This document shows positions 57,155 to 64,000 of a DNA stretch of 64,000 nucleotides, piece by piece. The notes below the pieces were generated by a model. The model had not been told where the DNA came from. It saw nothing but the letters and a program-made list of their open reading frames with translations, and did not search any database. Position numbers and translations under genes: made by a program. The stretch comes from Bacillota bacterium. GTDB lineage: Bacteria > Bacillota > Clostridia > Christensenellales > SZUA-584. The DNA lies in contig JAEZIZ010000083.1 in NCBI GenBank assembly GCA_023415915.1, forward strand, positions 23,329 through 87,328, read 5' to 3'. Numbering within the stretch: position 1 is the stretch's first letter; each line of letters starts with the position of its first letter.

Positions 57155-58155
57155 AGCTCGACACCTTCGCCTTCAACTACTCTTCCTATTATGAAAGGCG
57201 TTTCACCTGATTCGCGGGCCGCGTCCGCCACCGCGCCCGCCTTGTCGGCGTCTACCGCGATAACCATGCCTATGCCCATGTTGAATGTGTTATACGCTTC
57301 GGTTGTCTTGAGCTTAGCGTCCGAGACTATTATATCGAATATCGGAGGTATGTCCCAGCTGCCCAGCTGTATTTTGGCGCCCAGCCCTTTGGGCAGCATC
57401 CTCGGTATGTTTTCTATAAACCCGCCTCCGGTTATATGCGCTATGCCTTTAAGGTTATATGACTTTAACAGTTCAAGTATCGTCTTTACGTATATCCTTG
57501 TGGGAGTCAGTATCTCCTCTCCCAGCGTCTTTTTAAGCGAATGTATATACTGCCCGAGCGCTTCTTTGTCCATCATCACTATCCTACGCACGAGCGAGAA
57601 GCCGTTGCTGTGAAGCCCCGAAGATTTAAAGCCTATAAGCACGTCGCCGCGCTTTATATCTTTGCCGGTAATGAGCTTGTTTTTGTTTACGCTGCCCACG
57701 CAGAATCCCGCTACGTCATATTCGCCCCGGTTGTAGAAGTCGGGCATCTCGGCGGTCTCTCCGCCGATAAGCGCGCAACCTGCCTGCCTGCAGCCTTTGG
57801 CAATACCTTTAACGATATCCGCCGCGACCTCGGGTTCAAGCCTGCCCATCGCTATATAGTCAAGAAAAAACATAGGCTTTGCGCCGTGGCATACTACGTC
57901 GTTAGCGCACATGGCAACACAGTCTATGCCAATGGTGTCGTGCTTTTGCAGCACAAACGCCGCTTTAAGCTTTGTTCCCACGCCGTCGGCGCCCGAAACG
58001 AGCACGCTGTCGCCGATGTCATACATTCCTCCGAAAGCGCCCAGCCCCTGCATTACGTTTTTGTTGAACGTGGATTCAGCGTGCTTCTTTATAAGGCGTA
58101 CAGCCTCATACCCCGCTTCAATATCTACGCCCGAGCCTCTGTAAGTAATACTCAT
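57145..58155 (-). CDS. purM: Phosphoribosylformylglycinamidine cyclo-ligase (AIR synthase)
   Basis: YRGSGVDIEAG and DGVGTK motifs. Confidence 0.95.
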   Translation of the reverse strand: MSITYRGSGVDIEAGYEAVRLIKKHAESTFNKNVMQGLGAFGGMYDIGDSVLVSGADGVGTKLKAAFVLQKHDTIGIDCVAMCANDVVCHGAKPMFFLDYIAMGRLEPEVAADIVKGIAKGCRQAGCALIGGETAEMPDFYNRGEYDVAGFCVGSVNKNKLITGKDIKRGDVLIGFKSSGLHSNGFSLVRRIVMMDKEALGQYIHSLKKTLGEEILTPTRIYVKTILELLKSYNLKGIAHITGGGFIENIPRMLPKGLGAKIQLGSWDIPPIFDIIVSDAKLKTTEAYNTFNMGIGMVIAVDADKAGAVADAARESGETPFIIGRVVEGEGVELCE

Positions 58156-58164
58156 GTCCTCTCC

Positions 58165-59622
58165 TTAATCGTCCAGCATATTTTTTTTGGCGCAGTGCAA
58201 TAAATGTCCTACGTCTTCCGGGTATTTTCCGTTAAAGCAGCCCATGCAAAAATCGCACGCCGCTCCCTCTACGGTCTTTTTAAGGTCCTCAATGCTCAAA
58301 TAGCTCAGCGAGTCGGCGCCTATGAACTTCCGTATATCCTCCACCGAATGGCCTGCGCCTATAAGCTGATCGTGCGACGGCGTGTCTATGCCGAAAAAGC
58401 ACGGATACTTTACCGGCGGAGAGCTTATCCTCATATGGATCTCCTTTGCCCCCGCGAGTTTGAGCATTTCCACTATTTTTTTTGACGTCGTGCCGCGCAC
58501 TATTGAATCGTCTATTAGCACGACGCGCTTTCCGCGTACGTTGCGCTTGAAGGGCGAGAGCTTTAAGCCCACCCCTATCTCGCGCTTGCACTGAGTGGGT
58601 TGTATAAAAGTCCTGCCTACGTACCTGTTCTTTTCGAGGGCTTTTACATAAGGCAGCCCGGACTGGCTCGCATACCCCATAGCGGCTGGCGTCGCTGAGT
58701 CGGGCACTTCCGCCACAATGTCCGCATCAACGGGATTTGTAATAGCGAGCCTCACTCCCGCAAGCTCTCTCGATTTATGCACGGATATGCCGTCTATATC
58801 CGAATCGGGGCGCGCGAAGTACACGTATTCGAATATGCACAGCGCGGTGTTTTCAGACATTGGCCCGTGATAGGACTTAAGCCCGTTTTTGTCTATGGCT
58901 ATTATCTCGCCCGGCCTTAAGTCGCGCACAAACTCGGCTCCTATCGTATCGAAAGCGCACGATTCTGAAGCAATAACGAAGTTGCCGCCTATCTTTCCAA
59001 GTGCCAGCGGCCGTATGCCTTTTGGGCCTCTTACGCCAATTAGCTCGTCCGGCGTCATTATTACGAGTGCGTAGCTGCCCCGAAGAACCCCCATCGTAGT
59101 CTTTATAGCTTCTATTATACCATCTTTGCTGTGTTTTGCTATAAGGGTCGCGATGATCTCCGAGTCAATAGACGTCTGGAATATAGCCCCCGAGTTTTCC
59201 AGTTCTTCGCGCAGTTGTTTCGCGTTTATCAGGTTGCCGTTGTGCGCAAGAGCGATATTTCCCTTTCTCGAGCTGATTACGAGCGGCTGCGCGTTGGCAA
59301 GCTGGCTGTCGCCCTGAGTGGAATAGCGCACATGCCCTATTGCCGCGTAAGCGCCTTCGAGCTTGCCTATCCCGTTCTTAAACACCTCGGGCACAAGCCC
59401 CATGTCCTTATGATACTCTATTCTGCCTTGCTTCGCAACGGCTATACCCGCGCTTTCCTGTCCCCTGTGCTGCAATGCGAACAGCCCGTAATATGCGGCT
59501 TCGGCGGGTTCTATGCTGCCGTCGCTGCAATATACGCCGAACACGCCGCATTCTTCATGCATGCAGTCGTCCATAGTTTTAAGCCGTTCGTAAGGTGGTT
59601 TTAAGTTTAATTTGAGCGGCAT
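58165..59622 (-). CDS. purF: Amidophosphoribosyltransferase (with N-terminal propeptide before the catalytic Cys)
   Basis: ECGVFGVY Ntn-Cys motif, PRPP motif VVLIDDSIVRGTT, Fe-S cysteines near the C-terminus. GGGAGA RBS before the ATG at 59622. Confidence 0.9.
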   Translation of the reverse strand: MPLKLNLKPPYERLKTMDDCMHEECGVFGVYCSDGSIEPAEAAYYGLFALQHRGQESAGIAVAKQGRIEYHKDMGLVPEVFKNGIGKLEGAYAAIGHVRYSTQGDSQLANAQPLVISSRKGNIALAHNGNLINAKQLREELENSGAIFQTSIDSEIIATLIAKHSKDGIIEAIKTTMGVLRGSYALVIMTPDELIGVRGPKGIRPLALGKIGGNFVIASESCAFDTIGAEFVRDLRPGEIIAIDKNGLKSYHGPMSENTALCIFEYVYFARPDSDIDGISVHKSRELAGVRLAITNPVDADIVAEVPDSATPAAMGYASQSGLPYVKALEKNRYVGRTFIQPTQCKREIGVGLKLSPFKRNVRGKRVVLIDDSIVRGTTSKKIVEMLKLAGAKEIHMRISSPPVKYPCFFGIDTPSHDQLIGAGHSVEDIRKFIGADSLSYLSIEDLKKTVEGAACDFCMGCFNGKYPEDVGHLLHCAKKNMLDD

Positions 59623-59625
59623 TTG

Positions 59626-60333
59626 CTATTCTCCCATCAGCCTGCTGATTATCTCCCTGTAAGCCTCTTCGACGTCGCCTAAGTCTCTGCGGAACCTGTC
59701 CTTGTCCAACTTTTTGCCGGTATTAATATCCCAGAATCTGCACGTGTCGGGCGATATCTCGTCGGCGAGCACAATGCCGCCATTGTAGCGCCCGAACTCA
59801 AGCTTAAAGTCTATAAGCTCTATGCCGAAGCCCTTTAAGTATTCTGAGAGCACTTCGTTTGTCCTGAACGAGTATTCCTTTATCTTTTCCATCTCTTCGT
59901 CGGACGCGAGCCCGAGCGCGCGCACGTAATATGAGTTGATAAACGGGTCGCCAAGCTCGTCGTTCTTATAGCTAAGCTCGAATATAGCGCATTTAAGCTG
60001 CGTGCCTTCCTCGACGCCCATGCGCTTAGAAAAGCTTCCCGCCGCTTTGTTGCGTATGATTACCTCCACAGGCACTATCTCCACCTTTTTAACGAGCGTC
60101 TCCCTTTCGGAGAGCTGCTCAACAAAATGCGTGGGTATGCCTTTTGATTCGAGAAGTTTAAAAAAGTGGTTGGATACCTTGTTGTTTACTATGCCTTTGC
60201 CCACTATCGTTCCCTTTTTAAGTCCGTTGAAAGCGGTGGCGTCGTCCTTGTAGTCCACTATAACAAGGCCGGGGTCGTCGGTAGCGTAAACTTTTTTGGC
60301 TTTGCCTTCGTATATCTGCCCTGACTTTTTCAT
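59626..60333 (-). CDS. purC: SAICAR synthase
   Basis: [10 protein letters not shown] motif. Start set to the ATG at 60333 (MKKSGQ) after AGGAGA; the tracked upstream extension overlaps purE. Confidence 0.9.
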   Translation of the reverse strand: MKKSGQIYEGKAKKVYATDDPGLVIVDYKDDATAFNGLKKGTIVGKGIVNNKVSNHFFKLLESKGIPTHFVEQLSERETLVKKVEIVPVEVIIRNKAAGSFSKRMGVEEGTQLKCAIFELSYKNDELGDPFINSYYVRALGLASDEEMEKIKEYSFRTNEVLSEYLKGFGIELIDFKLEFGRYNGGIVLADEISPDTCRFWDINTGKKLDKDRFRRDLGDVEEAYREIISRLMGE

Positions 60334-60334
60334 G

Positions 60335-60826
60335 CTATATCGATATCTCCTTTTGAAGATTTTTATCTGCTTCCAGAACTTTATTCGCCAGCCGTTTCTT
60401 ATAATCCGCAAGCTTTTGTTTAAGCTTGGGGTATTTTAGCGACAATATCTGCACGGCAAGCAGCGCGGCGTTTTCAGCGCCGTTTATAGCGACTGTGGCC
60501 ACGGGTATGCCGGGAGGCATCTGAACGGTGGACAGCAGCGAATCAAGGCCGTCCATAGTCGAAGATTTTATCGGTATTCCTATAACGGGCAGCGTAGTAT
60601 AAGCCGCTATTACGCCCGCGAGGTGTGCTGCTTTACCGGCGGCGGCTATTATGACTTCTATGCCGTTTTCCTCCGCATGGGACGCATATTTGTGCGCGGC
60701 GTCGGGCGTCCTGTGCGCGCTTATCACATGCGCGTCAATGTTTACGCCGAAAGCTTTGAGCGTGCCGATACACGTTTCAAGCACGGGCAAATCGGATTTT
60801 GAACCCATCAATACAGCTGCTTTCAT
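60335..60826 (-). CDS. purE: N5-carboxyaminoimidazole ribonucleotide mutase
   Basis: [11 protein letters not shown] and [11 protein letters not shown] motifs. Confidence 0.9.
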   Translation of the reverse strand: MKAAVLMGSKSDLPVLETCIGTLKAFGVNIDAHVISAHRTPDAAHKYASHAEENGIEVIIAAAGKAAHLAGVIAAYTTLPVIGIPIKSSTMDGLDSLLSTVQMPPGIPVATVAINGAENAALLAVQILSLKYPKLKQKLADYKKRLANKVLEADKNLQKEISI

Positions 60827-60877
60827 AGATACTTCTCCAAAATTAAATATATTTAACGACGTAATGATACAATAAAG

Positions 60878-60956
60878 AGTCTACTTAGAGAGCTTATAAG
60901 TGTCAATGAAACAAACATACTTTTTGCAGTTAAAATTAAAAATCGTTCGTATTTTA
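60878..60956 (-). promoter_or_regulatory. Candidate pur operon promoter with an upstream PurBox-like site
   Basis: Minus-sense TTGACA (60906-60901), 17 nt spacer, TAGACT (60883-60878). AAATACGAACGATTT (about 60956-60942) resembles the Bacillus PurR PurBox core CGAAC. Confidence 0.35.
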
Positions 60957-61448
60957 CAAACGTCCTTTGTCAAACTACAGCAAATATGTGGCCGGGGATG
61001 ATAAAACAGCGTTAAAAAGCCCGTGAAAAACTATCATATAACGGACTTTTTGCCAAGGGTTCCGTCGCCGAATACGTTTATGGACGTCTGCATCACATAA
61101 TTGACGAATTTTTTCTCCCATGGCGATAAAGACTTCATTTCCGCGTGCATGAGCCCGTACCGGTAAGAAATGAAAGGTACTATATTACTACGGACATCCC
61201 TAGGCACAGTCGACAGGTTCGTAATACTCAACAACAAGTGGATTGTGAGAAGCAACAGCGCCACTTACTTCACCGGACTGCTGCTAATCGTGCTGAGCAT
61301 GGCGTAGCAGCCGGGCGAAAAAGTATTGGTTGTGTAAATTTTGGGTAATAAAGAATAGAGAACAGGTCTGGAGAACCGGATTTATTTACGGGTTTTCAGG
61401 CCTGTTCTCTTTTTTGCACAAAGTGATACTATTCCCGTATGCCCGTAT

Positions 61449-61489
61449 AAAATAATTCCCGGAAGCAGCATATATGAAGGCTTCCGGGG
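61449..61489 (-). terminator. Intrinsic terminator directly downstream of the duplicated guaA terminus (likely the ancestral guaA terminator)
   Basis: Minus-sense CCCCGGAAGCCTTCATATATGCTGCTTCCGGGAATTATTTT, 8 nt after the GAGTGGGAGTAGTAA copy. Confidence 0.7.
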
Positions 61490-61496
61490 ATTTTAC

Positions 61497-61511
61497 TTAC
61501 TACTCCCACTC
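61497..61511 (-). repeat. Direct repeat of the guaA 3' terminus (att-like)
   Basis: Minus-sense GAGTGGGAGTAGTAA against the real guaA end GAGTGGGAGTGATAA at 63791-63777: 13/15 identical, including a 10-mer. Both read E-W-E-stop. Confidence 0.65.
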
Positions 61512-62460
61512 GCTCCTTGAGAGCGATACTTAAACAATTCTGTTTAGGTAATATGGCTCGTGGTATTTGTATTGTATCAGTTATCCATATCTTTTGGACT
61601 ATCTGATTTATTGTTGTCAGATTGTTGCCATAGCTTGCTATGGCCAATAACTATATGTGTTCGGTAATCAATATACCTGCTACTCTTGTTTTGATATACT
61701 ATCATGAAAACAACCGAATTTCAATCCGTTAAATTGTTACAAGTTAAATGCTTATTGGGAGGCGTTCATAATACTACATTTATATCAGCAGTATATATGA
61801 GCAAATGCTTTTTAATCAGATTAACAGGGTTAACGCTGTTAATTCGATAGACAGGCACTTTTCGGCTATTCCATATGGTGATATTACGTCAATGTAATTA
61901 GCTATATTTTCATTCATTACTGTTTCTTATGCAGTAAAAATACAATAAAAACATTTAACACAATAATAGAAAATATGTTCGTTTACAATATTGGTATATA
62001 GTCGGTGGCCCACTTATCAATGATTCGTAACTGTATTTAATATTAGCAGTTGACATCACACGACGTGCGTTGGAACGGTAATAACCCTCGATTATTACGC
62101 AATCATTTGAAAATTGCCTTATACCATAATAAATTGATGATTATTGCGTAAGTTTCCAGCGCATACCTGAACTTCCCCATCCACCTGTTTTAGTGATTAC
62201 GAAATCTGTTCGTATAAATATAAGCAAGTATCTTCAGGGTTTACATCAAAAGGTTTGGCATCCCCAAAACTTCCGCCCTAATATCCGCCATCTGAAAAGA
62301 GAACGCTGATAAAAAATACAAGCGGTTCTGCCCATAAACGAACAGGCAGACCGCCTTTTTTAGTCATCTTTAGCGGACGGTCACAATCCGGTGTCCCCAA
62401 ATCACGAGGATTTTAAACCAGAATGATGGCCCGTTATATCAATATCCATTCAGATTATAA

Positions 62461-62835
62461 TTAGCCGCCTATGCGTTCCCATGTTTCGTTATCTTCAAGA
62501 CCGAAACCGCCGGGCTCAAAAACTATTTTATAGCCAAGGGGAACCGTATTATCGCTTTTTTCGTTGCGCACAAAATCAACTACGAGTTGCCAGATGGTCT
62601 TTGTTTCATGTGTCTCCTTATTTTCGTAAATTTCAAGTTTGTTTATGCTTTCAGCTTTCTGGAGTGATATTTCGTCAGCGCCAACTTCGGCAATATAGTT
62701 ATTTACCGTATTCAGGTCGTCCTGACTTATTTCTTGCTTTTGGCCAAGTACGGGTTTTGCACTGCATCCCTGACAGGCTTGCACAATAAATAAGCAAATG
62801 ATAAGAAAAACAATTAAATATCTTTTTTGTATCAT
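62461..62835 (-). CDS. Small lipoprotein of unknown function (124 aa)
   Basis: MIQKRYLIVFLIICLFIVQAC has a lipobox-like VQAC. GAGGTG RBS lies 9 nt before the ATG at 62835. Its N-terminal module is paralogous to the neighbouring gene. Confidence 0.65.
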   Translation of the reverse strand: MIQKRYLIVFLIICLFIVQACQGCSAKPVLGQKQEISQDDLNTVNNYIAEVGADEISLQKAESINKLEIYENKETHETKTIWQLVVDFVRNEKSDNTVPLGYKIVFEPGGFGLEDNETWERIGG

Positions 62836-62905
62836 TATACTTCTCACCTCATTTAATTAATTATTACCACCACCAAAAGTACTCTAGCATAATAGGGTTT
62901 CAATA

Positions 62906-63596
62906 TCAATTCTGCCTCATAAGGGCTCCATATAACGATGCTCCGTAAGGATCATTACAGAGAATATACATTGACCAAGTTCCAGCAACGGGGTCTATGC
63001 AGCAATCACCGCTTTTAGTTTTTGTTGTACCCCTGACCCCGTCATAATAAGTCTTTCCTATTGAAACACCATTTTCGGGGCACGAAATATGTACTCCGGT
63101 TGCATAATCTGTATTATAGCGTGCAATCCAATATATATCTCCCTGCATTGCACTTAATTTAAGTTTACTACAAATATATAAATGAGAATATACAGGTGAA
63201 TATGATTTACTAACAAGTGTATATGTTGTCATAGGAATTATAGAATCATTTATTATTGTTTTATTTCTCGTCTCTCCCAAGTTTGAAATCTCAACTGAGT
63301 CTTCATTAAATATTACTTTAAATCCATCAGGTAGTGAATTCAATGTAATATAATTTACAATCACTTGCCAGTCAGAGAGAGACTTATTAACGGTAAAACT
63401 ATTCTTTAATAAATCAACTGCGTCAACCGGAAGATCAGAATAGCCGAGGTTATTTACATACTCATTTACAGCATTGTAATCATTGGATTGGTTATTTGTA
63501 ACATCCTTTGATGATGCCAGCACAGATGTTGAAAACATCATTAAAAATATGACAGAAATAACTGCAACTATTACTACTTTTTTTTATATTATTCAT
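62906..63596 (-). CDS. Secreted protein of unknown function; the signal-peptide start is out of frame because of an A8 tract (frameshifted or phase-variable)
   Basis: GGAGGT, 5 nt, then the ATG at 63596 gives MNNIKK. The A8 tract is plus-strand T8 at 63578-63585. With A7 the frame reads MNNIKKVVIVAVISVIFLMMFSTSVLASSKD..., joining tracked ORF 62906-63541. Confidence 0.6.
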
Positions 63597-63776
63597 TTTA
63601 TACCTCCAGTATCAATTATTGTTTTTTAATATTAGCATAATAGACATTGGCTGTCAATCATATTTTTCTATTATTATCATTTTACACCAATAGGAATACT
63701 GTAAAAAACATTAGTAAAACACCACGAATAGTCGCGGCGTTTATATGTATTATATGTATTATTTATATAATCTGTA

Positions 63777-63791
63777 TTATCACTCCCACTC
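63777..63791 (-). repeat. guaA terminal copy of the att-like direct repeat
   Basis: See 61497-61511. Confidence 0.65.
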
Positions 63792-64000
63792 TATCGTCGC
63801 GGGCGGCTTGCTCGTTATGTCGTAAACCACCCTGTTCACATGCTTTACTTCGTTTATTATCCTCAAAGAAACCTTTTCAAGCACGTCGTAAGGTATCCTT
63901 GCCCAGTCGGCGGTCATGCCGTCCACGCTCGTTACAGCCCTGAGGGCTACGGTGTAATCGTACGTGCGCTCGTCCCCCATCACGCCCACGCTGCGCATGC
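63780..64000 (-). CDS. guaA: GMP synthase (glutamine-hydrolysing), C-terminal part (5' end beyond the window)
   Basis: [71 protein letters not shown] is the conserved GuaA C-terminus. Confidence 0.95.
   Translation of the reverse strand, partial: MRSVGVMGDERTYDYTVALRAVTSVDGMTADWARIPYDVLEKVSLRIINEVKHVNRVVYDITSKPPATIEWE

Noticed and set aside
60827-61033. Purine (guanine/adenine) riboswitch upstream of purE
   Set aside because: I looked for the conserved UAUAAU..GAUAUGG..GUUUCUACC..CCGUAAA blocks on the minus strand and found none. Only a weak PurBox-like site is present.
61034-61264. 76-aa ORF (MALLLLTIHLL...SPWEKKFVNYVMQ...) and the in-frame upstream stretch ..NTFSPGCYAMLSTISSSPVK-stop
   Set aside because: It vaguely resembles the C-terminal end of a LysR-type regulator broken by a stop. 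The similarity is too weak to call without a search. It has no RBS, so it is left unannotated as a possible gene remnant.
61357-61414. Long hairpin AGAGAACAGG...CCTGTTCTCTTTTTT
   Set aside because: It looks like a terminator on either strand, but no gene is clearly associated with it. It is probably a second terminator of the ancestral guaA region, so it is not listed as a feature.

Overview
Chromosomal segment from a spore-forming Clostridia-type Firmicute (gpr, spoIIP and a SleB-like hydrolase are present). GC is roughly 50% by eye. All calls rest on reading the sequence and on remembered protein and RNA family signatures; no searches were run.

Most of the window is core metabolism on the minus strand:
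- a complete pyrimidine locus: pyrR with a PyrR-type attenuator, then pyrB-pyrC-pyrF-carA-carB-pyrK-pyrD-pyrE
- a purine operon: purE-C-F-M-N-H-D
- nrdJ, murI, gpr, spoIIP, dnaE, icd and an EF-G paralog
- a plus-strand asd-dapA-dapB cluster behind a lysine riboswitch
- five tRNA genes: a Lys-Gly-Gly-Leu cluster and a single tRNA-Arg

Accessory or unusual parts:
1. A 1904-aa secreted multi-domain surface protein.
2. About 6 kb holding a SleB-like hydrolase, a collagen-like beta-helix surface protein with a DUF2442 partner, and a frameshifted MalT/LuxR-type regulator next to a tRNA-Arg locus full of tRNA fragments.
3. An AT-rich 2.3-kb segment between the present end of guaA and a duplicated copy of the guaA terminus. 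It carries two paralogous secreted proteins, one behind an A8 tract that breaks its signal peptide.
4. A dispersed family of GGGGYCCCC-hairpin-GGGG palindromic units: 18 units at 9 loci, some in tandem arrays inside the pyr leader regions and one inside spoIIP.
5. A TRAP (mtrB) homolog downstream of dnaE.
6. A DapB fused to an aspartokinase-like ACT pair.

No CRISPR array, transposase, integrase or obvious defence system was seen.
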